This document shows positions 13,311-33,492 of a stretch of 64,000 bases of DNA, in pieces (positions within the stretch are counted from its first letter, which is position 1; each line of letters opens with the position of its first letter). This DNA is from the human T2T-CHM13v2.0 reference genome, Homo sapiens: assembly GCF_009914755.1 (NCBI RefSeq), contig NC_060931.1; one strand, written 5' to 3'. The notes under the pieces are model-generated. The model had not been told where the DNA came from. It ran no database searches and saw only the letters and a list, made by a program, of their open reading frames with translations. The translations under genes were made by a program, and so were the position numbers.

Positions 13311-13735
13311 CATTATACCTATTCCAAACTATTTGACAAGGACAGTGATGGATGACAACATCAAAAAATTAGAAACTGTAGTGAGATCTCTCAGGCAAAA
13401 TTCCATACAAGCAAATTACTGTCTCCACAAAGCATTCCTGCCACACCTAATTCACCATTCCCTGAACAAAATGTGCCCTCTTCATTGTCCAGGTCTGTGC
13501 AGTGCTGGTTTCCCTGCCTGCACAGCTCACTCCAGCCCATTCCAGCCCATTCCCCATCCCTCCACCTCCCCCTTCCCTCCCCACTCTCATACAACTCTTC
13601 CTCATCTTTCAGGACTTAGCTTCAATGTCACCTTAACTGGAAACTTCTCTCAGCCTCCAAAAGAGCTTCCCATTGCATTTGATGCATGCACTATTATTTG
13701 ATCATTTCTGAGTTATAGTCCAAGTCTTTTTGTAC

Positions 13736-13800
13736 CTGAATAACATGTTACCCAGTCAGTCTCTTTTCCTGGATTCAGAAGTCTTTCATGGTAGATCCAG
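13736..13800 (-). ncRNA. Candidate 65-bp non-coding exon of the duplicon lncRNA family
   Basis: Minus strand ttgtcacttccag|CTGGATCTACC...TTATTCAG|gtacaa. Resemblance to LINC-family exons is from memory only. Confidence 0.45.
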
Positions 13801-14242
13801 CTGGAAGTGACAAATACATTCTTTTGAAATAAAGGGATGACACAAACAGACATAAGTTCTTAAACGTCTTAAATGGTATGTGAAAATTAAACAAAATTCA
13901 AAGACTTGTGGGAATACTTGGAAAGTTACTGGGAATGTCATAAAGGGTTAATTTGTATTTTATTTTTTGAGACATTATTTTTATTTGATTTTTTATTTTC
14001 TGTCACCTAGGCTGAAGTGCAGTGGTGCAATCAGGGCTCACTGCAGCCTCGACCACCTGGGCTCAAGTAATCTCACTTAATTTTTATTTGGTTTAAGAAA
14101 CAGTCTTGGTTGAGGGTGGTGGCTTATGCCTGTAATCTCAGCACTTTGGGAGGCTGAAAGAGGTATATTACTTGAGGCCAGGAGTTTGAGATCAGTCTGG
14201 GCAATATATTAAGACCTTGTCTCTACCAAAAAACAGAGTGAA

Positions 14243-15106
<864 letters not shown>

Positions 15107-15111
15107 TTCAC

Positions 15112-15169
15112 CTGGTGTTTCATCACAATCAACAGTAAGTGGTAGCTTGAGTCATTGTGAGGTCACTTC
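15112..15169 (-). ncRNA. Candidate 58-bp non-coding exon; paralog 5384-5441 lacks the GT donor
   Basis: Minus strand atttccag|GAAGTGACC...ACACCAG|gtgaag. Confidence 0.4.
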
Positions 15170-15356
15170 CTGGAAATCACCAGCATCCCATATCCCACTG
15201 GCAAGGAGCTCAGCACTGCTCCTTGGATAACCAAACTTATTCCCAAATCCCATCTGTGTGGGTCTATCTCCTGGTACCCTTCCTACCATCAATTCTGTAT
15301 TTGTAGGAGTCCAATCAGGAGACAGAAACCACTCAAAAGTTTAAACTAGAATGAGC

Positions 15357-16391
<1,035 letters not shown>

Positions 16392-17092
16392 TTAATCCCC
16401 CTAAGGGAATCTCCTCTTATCCTTCCCTCTCTGGAACCTCACTTGTCAGTTCTTCCTCCCACTTTCCTGTATCTTTAACCTATCCCCCACTTTTAGCGCC
16501 TTCCCACCATCATTTAAATTACTCAAACTTCTTCTGTTTTAAAAACCTCTCCCTCAACTCAGTGAGAGGTCTCCTGCACACCCACTGAACCACCTGCTCC
16601 CCCTGGTGACTTCTCTACAGAAGCCTGAGCCATGTCTCTAATGCATGAATCTCATCATGTTACTCCCCCATTTACATCACTTCTCCTTGCCTCGGGGATT
16701 AAGTCCAAACTCCTTAACAGCCCCCGCTCTGCCCTGCCTTGCAAGGCAGCCTCACTGCTTGCCCCTCTCCATTTCACCTGCTATGGAGTCCAACTGAGCC
16801 TCATCTACCCCCTGAATGCACACTCTTTCTCCTCTGGGAGTCTCTGAAGTGGGTGATATCCTCTGCTTATAATATGCTTCCCCTTAAACCTCTACTCTCT
16901 TCCTGGCTAGCTTCGGCTCCTCTGTCACTTGTCCGCTTTGGCATCACCTCCTCATGGAAGACTTCCTTGACTCCTCAGATTCTCAGGAGCATGGCAGGTG
17001 AGGTGCTCCTCCCATGAATGGATGGAGATTACAGAGTGTGTGTTATTCATGCTTAATTCACCAGTGCTTAGCTCAGTACCTGGCACAAGTTA

Positions 17093-17310
17093 CTGTGGTG
17101 GCCAAAGTAATAACCCCCCACCCTGCCAACTAATTGCTCACGTCCTCTGTTACACAGCACAATTACATAGGAAGGGGGAATTAAGAGTGCAGATAAAATT
17201 AACGTTGCTCATCAGCTGACCTTAAAACAAGATTATCCTGGAGTATCTAGGAGAGCCCATGTAATTACAAGCATTCTTTAAAAGTGGAAGAGGGAGGCAG
17301 AAGGTTAAGA
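17093..17310 (+). mobile_element. MLT1 LTR fragment
   Basis: aattaacgttgctcatcagctgacctt...gattatcctgga...aaaagtggaagagggaggcaga. Confidence 0.7.
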
Positions 17311-17317
17311 ACCAGAG

Positions 17318-18973
17318 ACAGTGGGCACAACGACTCATGCCTGTAATACCAATACTTTGGGAGGCCAAGGCAGGAAAATCCCTTGAGTGCAGGAGTTCAA
17401 GGTCAGCCATGGCAACATACTGTGGCCCCATTTCTACAAAAAAATAAAAACAAGATTCACTGAGTGTCATGGTGCTTACCAGCTACTGGGAAGGCTGACA
17501 TGGTAGGATTGCTTGAGCCTGGGAGTTTGAGGCTACAATGAGCCATGATTGGACAACTGAACTCCATCCTGAGTGACAGGGCAAGGTCCTGTTCCTAAAG
17601 AAAAAAAGGACATTGGAATCAGGGTCCCCTCCATCCTAAGGTGGCTACAAGGCATCTCTCTCTGCAAATGAGTAAACATCATCCTCCAACTCCTCACAGA
17701 GTGAAGCAGCAGGAAAACTCCCTCACCTCATTTCTGTGCTACTTGGGAGGCCTGGACACCCAATAACCAGCACCTTGCTGATGAAACAATTAGGAAATGG
17801 CTCGAGTTGAGCTAAGGAGAATTTGGATCCTTCTTTTGGTTCTCAATAGGCAGGGTAGGGGCCAGGCATGGTGGCTCATACCTGTAATCCTTGCACTGTG
17901 GGGGGCCAAGGTGAGAGGACTGCTTGAGGCCAGCTCAAGACCAGCCTGGGCAACATAGCAAGACCTGGGTGGCATACACCTGTGGTCCCTACTACTTGGT
18001 AGGATGAGGTAGAAGGATTGATCACTTGATCCCAGGAGTTTCAGGCTGCAGTGAGCCATGATCACACCACTGCACTTCAGCCTGGGTGACAGAGCCAGAC
18101 CATGTCTCAAAAAGTAAAAAAAAAAAAAAAAAAAGAGAGAGAGAGAGGGAGAGAGACTATAGGCAGGTACCCCCATATTTGGCTAATTTTTAAATATTCT
18201 GTAGAGACAAGGTCTTGCTAGGTTGCCCAGGCTGGTCTAAAACTCCTGGCATCAGGCTGGGCATGGTGGCTCATGCTTGTTATCCCAGCACTTTGGGAGG
18301 CTGAGGCAGGCAAATCACCTGAAGTCAGGAGTTCAAGACCAGCCTGGCCAACATGGTGAAACTCTGACTCTACTAAAAATATAAAAATAAGCCGGGCAGT
18401 AGTGGCATGTACCTGTAGTCTAAGCTACTCAGGAGGCTGAGGCAGAGGTTGCAGTGGGCCAAGATCGCACCACTGCACTCCACCCTGGGCAACAGAGTGA
18501 GACTCTGTCTTAAAAACAAAACAAAACACAACAAAACAAAAAACAAAAAAACTCCTGGCATCAAGACATCTTCCTGTCTTAGCTTCCCAATGCCCTGGGA
18601 TTATATTGTTTCCTATAATTGAAGACACTCGTTCTTATACTGCTTTAAGGTATAAAGAAAAAAAAACCATATTGACAAATGTTGGTGAAGGCCGGGCATG
18701 GTGGCTCAGCCTGTAATTCCAGAACTTTGGAAGGCTGAAGTGGGCAGATCACTTGAGGCCAGGAGTATGAGACCAGCCTGGGCAACATGGTAAAATCCCA
18801 TCTATAAAAATTAGCCAAGCATGGTGGCATACACCTGTAATTTTCAGCTACTCAGGAGGCTGAGATGAGAGAATCACTTGTGCCTGGGAGGTCAGGGCTG
18901 CAATGAACTGTGATGGCATCACTGTGCTGCAGCCTGAGAGACAGAGCAAGCCCCTATCTAGAAAAAAAAAAAA
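17318..18973. mobile_element. Alu cluster: 17318-17608(+), 17860-18135(+), nested 18150-18600, 18689-18973(+)
   Basis: Multiple Alu arms and A tails. aaactcctggcatca flanks the nested Alu on both sides. Confidence 0.8.
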
Positions 18974-19830
18974 TGTCAGTGAAGATGTGGAGGAGTTGGA
19001 ACTCACATACATTACTGATGGGAACATTAAATCGTGTAACCACTTTGGGTAGTTCTGTTCTTGTCATTTTAATTGGATTTTTTTTTTTTAAATCAAGACA
19101 GGGTTTCACTATCTTGCCCAGGCTGGTCTTGAATTCATGGGCTCAATTCCTCCCAACTGAGCCTCCTGAGTAGCTGGGATTATAGGTGTGAGCCATTGCA
19201 CCCAACTGGTGTAGCCACTTTAGAAAACAGTGTGGCAGTTTCTCAAAAGGCTAAATGTACAGTCATCATATAATGCAACAATTTCACTCCTAGGCATATA
19301 TCCCAGAGAAATAAAAATATATGTCCACACAAAAACTTGTACAACAGTCTTCATAGCAGCATTATTCATAATGGCCAATACATGGAAACAACCCAAATGT
19401 CCACCAACTGTTGAACAGATAAAACACAGTGTGTCTCTGCCACGGAATATTGCCATAGAAGGAATGAAATATTGATACACACTATGACATAAAGGAACTT
19501 TGAAAACACTGTGCTAAGAGGGAAAAAAAGCCACAAAAGATCACATATTGTACAATTCTATTTGTCCAGATTAGGCAAATATATAGTGACGAAAAATCAA
19601 TCAATGGCTGCCTAAGGCTGGGGGCCAAGGCAGGTTGGGGGAGTAGGAGGTAGTGGCTAAGGGGTATGGATATGGATTTCTCTACAGGGTAATGAAAGGT
19701 TCTAAAAGTGACTGTGGTGATTGATGCACAGCTCTGTGAATATTCTAAAACCTACTGAATTGCAGATTTCAATAAATAAAGTGAATGGTATGTGAATCAT
19801 ATTTTAATAAAGCTATTATTTAAAATAATA
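18974..19830 (+). mobile_element. L1MB/L1ME-type 3' end
   Basis: caatttcactcctaggcatatatcccagagaaat...gtccacacaaaaacttgtac...aataaagct; ORF2 C-terminal remnant at 19230..19475. Confidence 0.75.
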
Positions 19831-19839
19831 ATAATGGGG

Positions 19840-20750
<911 letters not shown>

Positions 20751-22364
20751 GGCATCTTCTTAAAGAATGACATAGTGTTTCATGATAAAGAAGCTCTAAT
20801 TTTGCATTTGTTCAAGTATTGATTAGATTTAGCCAATATGACACCAATCTTGGATAAAGCGCAAACAACACAATTTCATTTTCTCACTAAAAACTGATTA
20901 GGTAGTCTAATATCAATTCTGACCTTATTAAAAACTGATCAGATTAAAAAAATTATGGAATGATGGAGCCAATAAGATGTTACAACCTGTTCCAAGGGGA
21001 ATTCCAAAACCCACACATATTTGAGACCATCAAATATGATGAAATATATTTGATTACTATATTGAAAAATAAACTGATTATATAGCCAATAACAATTGGC
21101 AGGGGTCTCCTCATCCACAGCCACACAAACCCGATCACGCAGCTATGTGGTTGCAAGGCCTACATAGCCTAGAAGGGACTGGTCTGACTTGAGAATTCAT
21201 TCCATTTGTATTTGTATTTTGAGACAGGGTCCCACTCTGTCACCCAGGATGGACTGCAGTGGTATAATCATAGCTCACTGCAGCCTTGACCAACTGGGCT
21301 CAAGAGATGCTCCTGCCTCAGCCGCCCCAATACCTGGGAATACAGGCAAGTACCACCATGTCAGGCTTTTTTTTTTTTTTCAATTTTTGTATAGAGAGAA
21401 GTCTTGATATGTTGCCCAAGCTGGCCTCAAACTCCTAGAATCAAGAGATCTGCCCATCTCAGCCTCCTGAGTAACTGGGGCCACAGATACACACCATCAT
21501 GCCTGGCTATATTTATTTTATTAAATTTATTTCTTTTATTTTTGTAGAGCGGTCTTGCTATGTTGCCCAGGCTGCTCTCAAACTCATGGCCTTAAAACAT
21601 ACTCCCATCTCTGCCTCTCAAACTGTTGGAACTATAGGTGTGAGCGACTGCACCTGGCCTGACTTGAGATTTCTTTTATCTAGCATCCTTTACTTGGTAG
21701 GATTGGGAAAGGCAGTAGTGTTTTTTAAAATTACTTAATCATTCAATTAGAATCAAACTCAACCTTGACCCCTGCCTTCTCTCACAGCTTTGGGTAATGT
21801 CAGGAAATCCTACTGACTGACTTCAATATCTATCCAGGCTCTGACCATCTCTCACCACCACCGTGCACCCGGTCAGGATCACTATCCTCTCCCACTGGGA
21901 TGTTGCCACAGCTTGGCCCCCAGGCTTCTACCCAAATCTTCCCATAGTCTTCTCAACTTGGCAGCCAGGGCGTGCTTTTAAATCAGGAGACAGATCATGT
22001 CGCCTCTCGGCTCAGAAGCCCTCGGTGGTTCCCATTTTAGTCAGAGTAAAAGCCAAAGCCCCAGCAACAGTGTCCCAGGGCTTACATGATCTGTACTGAT
22101 CCCAGCCCAGCAACTCCCTGGCCTCCTCACCGACTTCGCTCCCTCTATCTCTTTGCTCCACTGGCCTCCTTCCAGAGCCTCAGACACACCAGGGAATTTC
22201 CTCCTAATGCCTTTATCCTGTTGACTCAGCCTACAATGCTTTTCCCTCAGCACTTTGGCCAGCTCCATCACCTGCTTCAAACTTTTGCTCAATATTCACT
22301 TATGAGGCCAACCCTGACCACTCTACTTAACATTGCCATCTGTCCCCATTCCCACCATGCTCAT

Positions 22365-22945
22365 TTCTTTCTTTCTTTTTGAAGCAAGGTCTTGCTCTAT
22401 TGCCCAGGCTGGAGTACAGTGGTGCAATCATAGCTCACAGCAACTTCAACCTCCCAGGCTTAAACAATTCTCCCACCTCAGCTTCCCTAGGAACTGAGAC
22501 TACAGCTGCATGCCACAACACCTGGCTAATTTTTTTTTTTTTTTTTTGAGACAGAGTCTCGGTCGCCCAGGCTGAAGTGCAACAGCACGATCTCAGCTCA
22601 CTGCAATGTCTGCCTTTCAGGTTCAAGTGATTCTCTGCCTCACCCTCCCGAGTAGCTGGGATTACACCCACCACCACACCTGGCTAATTTTTGTATTTTT
22701 AGTAGAGATGGGGTTTCACCATCTTGACCAGGCTGGTCTTGAACTTCTGACCTCGTGATCCACCTGCCTCCGCCTCCCAAAGTGCTGGGATTACAAATGT
22801 TAGCCACTGCGCCCGGCCTTTTTAAAAAAATTCTTTTAGACATGACGTCTCATTATGTTGCCCAGGCTGGCCTTAAGCTCCTGGGCTCAAGCAATCCTCC
22901 TACCTCAGCCTCCTAAAGTCCTGGGATTACAGGCATGAGCAACTG
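22365..22945 (-). mobile_element. AluJ with a nested AluSg/Sc-like element (~22530-22820)
   Basis: The inner Alu has gacctcgtgatcc. Confidence 0.75.
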
Positions 22946-23636
22946 TTAACATGAAGCCCTGGCTTCATGTTCATTTTTTACTTGCTGCTACAACAAACTA
23001 CCCTACATTTAGTGGCTTGAAACACCATAAATCTACCACCTTACAGTTCTAGGGGCCAGAAGCCTAACTAGGTCTATTAAGGCTAAAGTCAAGGTGTCAG
23101 AGGGGCTGCATTCCTTCTGGAAACTCTAGAGAGAATGAGCTCCTTTGCCTTTTCCAGCTTCTAGAAGCCACCCCCATTCCTTGACTCACCTTGAAGATGG
23201 CCCCTGACTCCATATTCGAGGCCAGAAGTGCAGCATCTTCAAATCTCCCTCTCTGACCTCTTCTTCCTTCACCACATCTCCTTTTCTAATTCTGACTCTC
23301 TTACCTCCTTGTTTCTCTTATAAAGATCCTTGTGATTGGTGGGCATGGGGGCTCCCATCTGTAATCCCAACACTTTGGGAGGCCAAAAACGAAGGATTGC
23401 TTGAGGCCAAGAGTTAGAGATCAGCCTGGGGAACATAGGAAGACCCCGCCTTTACAAAATTAAAATTAAAATCAGCTGGACATGGTGATGCAAGCCTGTA
23501 GTTCCAGCTACTGGAGAGGCTAAGGTGGGAGGATCACTTTAGCCTAGGAGGTCAAGGCTGCAGTGAGCTATGATCACATCACGGCACTCCAGCCTTGGTG
23601 GCAGAGTGAGACTCTGTCTCAAATATAAGAAAAGAA

Positions 23637-25082
<1,446 letters not shown>

Positions 25083-27177
25083 TAGAGAGAAACATGAGTT
25101 CTTCTCTCACCTGTCTACCTGCTTAACTGCATAGGAAAGGCAATGTATGGTGCTCATGAACAAGGCAAGCATTAAAGTCAGACCAGACCTAACATGTGAC
25201 TCAGTCTTAATACCCAGGTGAGGTTGGGCAAATCGCTCATTAACCCCAAGTCTTCATCATTTTGTGCATATAACGGGGATAACTGTGGCCCCCACCTGTT
25301 TTTGTGAGAATCAATGAAATAATATGCTTGATGTTATCGTGATCATCATACTATTTGACAAGGGCAGTGATGCATGATAACATCAAAAAATTAGAAACTG
25401 TAATGAGGTCTCTTGGGCAAAATTCCATACAAGCAAATGACCGTCTCTCCAAAGCATTCTTGCCACACTTAATTCACCATTCCCTGAACAAAATGTGCCA
25501 TCTTCATTGTTCGGGTCTGTACAGTGCTGGTTTCCCTGCCTGGGCAGCTCACTCCATCCCATCCCAGCCCATTGCCCATCCCTCCACCTCCTCTTTCCCT
25601 CCCCACTCTCATACAACTCTTCCTCATCTTTCAGGACCTGGTTTCAATGTCACTTTAACTGGAAGCTTCTCTCACTCTCCAGAAGAGCTTCCACTGCACT
25701 TGATGCATGCAGTATTATTTGATCATTTTTGAGTTATAGTCCAAGTCTTTTCGTACCTGAATAACATGTTGCCCAGTCAGTCTCTCTTCCTGGATTCAGA
25801 AATCTTTCATGGTAGATCGAGCCGGAAGTGACAAAAAGACATTCTTTAAAAGAAAAAAAAAAAAGAGGGTTGACACAGACAGACGTCAGTACTTGAAAGT
25901 TTTAAATGGTATGTGAAAAACAAACAAAATTCAAGGGCTTCTAGGAGAAACGTAGGAGGGAAGGTGCTACTGGGAAATATGATGGAAGGTTAAATTTTAT
26001 TTTATTTTATTTTTAGAGAAAGGGTCTTGCTCTATCGCCTAGGCTGGACTGCAGTGGTGCAATCACAGTTAACTGCAGCCTCAACCTCCAGGGCTCGAGC
26101 AATATTCCCATCTAATGTTTATTTTATTTAAGAAACACAGTCTTGCTCTTACCAAAGCTAAAGTGCAGTAGTATGATCATAGCTTACTGCAGCCTCAACC
26201 TTCTAGGCTCAAGTGATCCTTCAGTCTTAGCCTCCCCAGTAGCTGGGACTACAGGTGTGCACTGCAATGTGTAGCTCTTTTTATTTTTTAATTTTTAGTA
26301 GAGACGAAGTGTCGCTATGTTGACCAGGCTGGTGGTGATCTCCTACACTCAGGCAGTTCTCCCACCTCAGCCTTCCAAAGTGCTGGGATTACAGGTGTGA
26401 GCTGCCACACCTGGCTGAGGGGGTTAATTTTTAATTATAAAGAGCTCAAAGCAAATATTAGAAGGAGCCTAAATGCCTACAGCAGCTAACTGGTAAATTG
26501 TGATACATCCATATAATCAAATACTATGTAACCATGAAAAGGATTAAGATAGATCAATAGGTATTGGCACAAATGTCCACGAAATATGAAAATGTGAAGT
26601 GATGTTCAATCAGCCTGTATGTATCTTGAAGGATATGACCCGTTTTCTCAATAGCAATTATTTCCTGAGATAAGATTATGGGTCTAAAGAGTGAAGGAAA
26701 TTTTTCACTTCTTTATTTAAAAGTATTTACTATTTTTATAATTTAATAAAAGACTAAACAGATCATTGAATTAGCACAAATTAACTCTATAAATAAATGG
26801 AAAAGACACGGACAGCCCAGGCATGGTGGCTCACGCTTATAATACCAGTACTTTGGGACGGGGCGTTGGGGGGATTGCTTGAGGCCAGGAGTTCCAGACC
26901 AGCCTAAGAAACAAAGCAAGACCTCGTCTCTACTAAAACTTAAAAAAATATTGGCCAGGCATGGTGGCATATGCCTATAGTCCCAACTACTGAGGTGGAA
27001 GGATCACCTGAGCCCAGGAGGTCAAGGCTGCAGTGAGTTGAGACTGTGCCACTACACTCAAGCCTGGGAGACAGAGCGAGACTTCATCTCAAAAAAAAAA
27101 AAAAAAAAAAAAAAAAAGACAATAAAGAAATAAAGCTAATAAGCTAACATAAGGAAAGATAAAACATGTGACAAATA

Positions 27178-29133
<1,956 letters not shown>

Positions 29134-29486
29134 TTATTCCTTCACTTGCTGTTATATAAACTATTGCCAGTGGGCACTTACCAACCAGAAGTGTCATCTC
29201 AGAGCTACTCACAATGAAAGGTGATCTCTGGGGCTCAGATGTGTTGAGGTCCCCATGCCTGGGCTATGGGTGCTGAGTGGGACTTACTTGTCTATCCATT
29301 TTATATATTCCAGCACTGGGAAACTAGGGTTTATCCATCTTGATAAGATGTCATTTAAATTCCACTTGGCAAGAACCACAAATGGAAGAAAGGCCATGAA
29401 ACCACAGTACAGTACTTGTTCTCAAGGGAATCTTCAGCTTAGGTGACTCTGTAAAAGAGAAATTACACTGTTGAAAAATCATCGCA

Positions 29487-29797
<311 letters not shown>

Positions 29798-30119
29798 CTC
29801 ATCTCAGTCTGTCCAGCCTTGACTAATCAAAAGGGTCTTCTGGTTACAGAAGAGGTATGCTCTTTTGTAGGACAGGGAGAGACCAGCAAGCTTGTTCACA
29901 GACTTTTCCTCATCCTTTGCTTAGTTTTCCAAGAACCCTCATAGTGGAAACAGAGTCCCTGGGAAAACGACCTAAATCTTTAGGTTACCAGAAGAGAAAT
30001 ATGCCTCCTTTGTCAATTAATAAATGGAACACTTGCCTTAAAATCCGGGGAGTTCTGCTAGAATGAATCACTCCCTAAGACCCTGACCTATGCAGGGAAC
30101 ATGAAAAACTGGAGTTTAA

Positions 30120-30330
30120 CTGGGCACAGTGGATCACGCCTGTAATCCCAGCACTTTGGGAGGCCGAGGCAGGTGGATCACCAGAGGTCAAACCTGGCCA
30201 ACATGGTGAAACCCCGTCTCTACTAAAAATACAAAAATTAGCTGGGCGTGGTGGTGGACGCCTGTAATCCCAGCTACTTGGGAGGCTGAGGCAGGAAAAT
30301 TGCTTGAATCTGGAAGGCAGAGATTGCAGT
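30120..30330 (+). mobile_element. AluS, internally deleted and 3'-truncated
   Basis: Ends abruptly at gattgcagt with no tail. Confidence 0.8.
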
Positions 30331-30333
30331 TAC

Positions 30334-30465
30334 TTCTAGAAGAATTTCCATTAGCCATTTGAAATCCTTCAACATTCATTAAGGCCAAAGAGTTTTCACC
30401 TAATTTAATCTGATGGGTATGTGACCAGAGTCTTTCTAGGGAATAGAGACTCCCAAACTGTTCAG
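30334..30465 (-). ncRNA. Candidate 132-bp non-coding exon
   Basis: Minus strand ctctcctcacttcccag|CTGAACAG...TCTAGAA|gtaact. Confidence 0.45.
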
Positions 30466-30788
30466 CTGGGAAGTGAGGAGAGAATTTATTACTCAAAATC
30501 AAAGGGAAATGAAAAGAGGCCAATCTAGAATGTCATTATTCTTTTTTCGGGGGGAATGGATTCCAGAGTCATTTTGTGACCTTTACATGACCTCCTTATT
30601 AGCACCTAAAAGCTTCCAGTATAGGATGCAGCCAGCTAGGTTCTCTTCTAATGTAATAAAATCTGCTTCAGCAAAGCTTATGCAGAGCCATCTCCAGACT
30701 CCAGAAATAATAAGCTATAAATTACTGGATCTCCCATTTGATATAATGAAGTATAAGCACAGTCCTGAATGACTCCTCTACATACTAC

Positions 30789-30938
30789 TCTGGGTGGCTT
30801 GAAGTGAATTTGATACAAGAACTGGAGTGAGCGCAAAGCAGAGCTAGATCTAGGATTAATGCTCTTGGGCCCAGCTCCTCACTACTCACCGATGAGTCCA
30901 GTTCCAGAACCCAAGTAGAGGGTGGGGAAACAAGGCTC
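30789..30938 (-). ncRNA. Candidate 150-bp non-coding exon
   Basis: Minus strand atgccag|GAGCCTTG...CCCAGA|gtagta. The acceptor tract is weak. Confidence 0.3.
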
Positions 30939-32044
30939 CTGGCATTTCCTAATGTCTGCATCTCTTTCACATTTCTTGTCTCCTTGCAAAGAAACTAAAC
31001 AGGCTCAACTGAAATAACTAAATGATTAAACCCTATGCAGAGAATCTCCAAAGATTCACAAAATATCATTCAAGACTGTTACACAGACAACCATGAGGAT
31101 GACTTGATGTACCAGTGATCTACAATATTTGGGATCATTCCAAATTCCCATCAAGGATCTGCCTATATCAACACGGGAGCCAAGGACCAACCACTCAAAT
31201 GGGCCCTGCTGCCAAGCCTTTTTTTTTTTTTTTTTTTTTTAACAATGCCATCTCTTCATATTGTTCTGTTTAACAAAACTGCAGCCTGTCACCCATCCTT
31301 AAATCCCTTGGCCAGTGGCACAGAGCCAGAGTATGCTACTCCCTAGCAGGAAATCAACAGGATGACCTACTAAACACCATTCAGAAGATGCTAAGACCCA
31401 TGAATTGCAACAGGAAAGAGAATTAGTCAGGCAGGTACATGCTGTGCCAAAAATGCACTACAACCCCCACCCAATTCTGCCTAATCCTAGCTAGGCTGAC
31501 ACCAACCTGATGAGACAGGCCTATAAGATCTCAAACTAAAACAGAAACTCTTGAACCGGGTTCTTGCGAACCCAGAAAGCAGCAGTAAACCATTAAAGAA
31601 CAGATAAGTTCTTGAGGTGAAGGAGAGTTTCAGATAAATGGAATGCTGGTAGAACACAGGGCTCAAAGGAGCAAAAGTTAACTTAAGCCTAGGTAGAACC
31701 TTGTTTACTAGAGTATTAGGCATGGGTTGTGACAACTATTCTAACCAAAGAGGCTCCACTGAGGGCGGGTTGGCAATCCAAGGTATAGCATGCATAGGGC
31801 TGGTGAAATTCAGGGTGACTGAAACAAAAGCTTCAGAACCAGGAAGACCACATCTGGGGGTAGAGCACAAAACTCTGAAGAGATGAATCTTTGTAAGAGT
31901 GAAGCAAACTATATAGCAGTTTTAGGAGATCTGTTGGTGCCCAGCAAGAGCTCCAAACAGGCTATATGCAGGGATGCAGGCTGTAGTTTCAGGAGAGAAG
32001 GTTCACAAAAGTCATTCAGTCCAAGATCCCAAACTGCGTTCTCT

Positions 32045-32460
32045 ACTAAAAGGAATCAAGGTCCCCTAGAGAAATGGCTGACTCCATGTATGGTACAGTA
32101 TATTGATCCTGGAACATCTTTTTTGCCAGAAAGCAAGGAAGCCATCAAAGTCCAACAGGATCACATCAAAAAGACGTAAGAGTCAACTTGAAGAGATAAT
32201 TATTAACCTAGATGAGACAACGTAAGCATCCAAAACAATAAAGACTGCAATGGCCTGAAATACATCAAATGCAAACAATAATCTATGAGTTCATAATGGC
32301 ATTCAGAAAAAAAAAACTATTGGTCACTAGAATGAAGGTTAGTAGGTCACCAACTTATTACTCTGAAAAGTGACTTAAAATGAGAGGTAAGGTGGAGAAT
32401 TAGCTATTTATTCAGTTTTTCCTGTACAAACATAAATTTTTAGGGAGATTGAAGCAGATG
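32045..32460 (+). mobile_element. L1MC-type 3' fragment
   Basis: gagaaatggctgactcca...cctggaacatctt...gccagaaagcaaggaag. Confidence 0.5.
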
Positions 32461-32860
32461 AAACAAATCTGGAAAAATGGAGATAACTGCTTAATCTGCG
32501 GGTTGGGTACATGAAGGTTCATCATATTTCTTTTGTGTATATTTGAACTCCCTACAAAAAAAAAGCACAAGACAGAATGTGAGCCAAGCAGCTTAGGGTT
32601 TAGGCAAGGCTTCTGCCTACAAGAGACACTAGGATATGAGGGGTAGTTTTAGCCCTGATGGGCTGAGCCAACTGGAGGTATATAAGGAGGTGCTAAATTG
32701 CAGAGGTATCATGTTGCCCAGCACTTGATCAAATCCTAGATCCTAGGTCTGCTTGGTAGTATGCTTCCTAGATGGTGGATCTGAGGCTACCTACAGAACT
32801 TCCTTTGCAGTCATAATTCACTCAGAAACTACAAAAGTGCTTGCTCTTGAAAATGGAGCC

Positions 32861-33492
32861 TGTCTTTGTCCATTTCATGCTGCTATAAAAGAATGCTGCA
32901 GACTGCATAATTTACAAGAAAGAAAAAAGGAAGGAGGGAAGGAGGGAAGGAGGGAAGGAGGGTAGGAGGAAAGGAAGGGAATGAATGGAAGGAAGGGAAG
33001 GAAAGGAAGGAAGGAAGGGAAGGAAGGGAAAGAGGGAAAGAGGGAAGGAGGAAGGGAGGGAAGGAGGTAGGGAGAGAGAGAGGGAGGGAGGGGAAGGGAA
33101 GGGAGGAGCAGGGAAAGGAGGAAGAAAAGGAAAGGAAAGAAAAGAAAAGGTAAGGAACAAATTTTATTTCTTACAGTTCTGGATGTTAGGAAGTCCAAGG
33201 TTGAGAGGCCTGCATCTGGCAGGGATCTTCTTGCTGTGTAGAGGAAGACTATCTTCCTCTACACATCATCTCACGACAGAAGGCAGGACAAGAGAGTGCA
33301 AGAAAGCAAGAGGGCAAAAGGGGCTGAACTCTCTTTTATAATAAGCCCACTCTGTGATTACTAATCTGTTACCACAATAACAACATTAACTCATTCATGA
33401 GGGCTCTCTTATTAGGCCTCACATCCCAACTGTTGCATTGAGGACTGAGTTTCCAGCACATAAACTTTGGGGGACACATTTAAACCATAGCA
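32861..33492 (-). mobile_element. MST (MaLR) solo LTR interrupted by a GA-rich repeat
   Basis: tgtctttgtccattt..gctgctataa...tcttacagttctgga...ggaagtccaag...gggggacacatttaaaccatagca. Confidence 0.8.
32916..33155. repeat. Polypurine (GGAA/GGGA)n low-complexity tract
   Basis: About 240 bp made almost entirely of A and G. Confidence 0.95.

Noticed and set aside
13291-13701. Paralogous ORFs 13291..13701 and 25355..25732 as a conserved gene pair
   Set aside because: The similarity is explained by the DNA duplication. Starts and ends differ, the 5' part overlaps MIR, and there is no splice or domain support.
32875-33341. Pro/Ser/Phe-rich and Gly/Arg/Lys/Glu-rich ORFs
   Set aside because: These are translations of the GA low-complexity tract.
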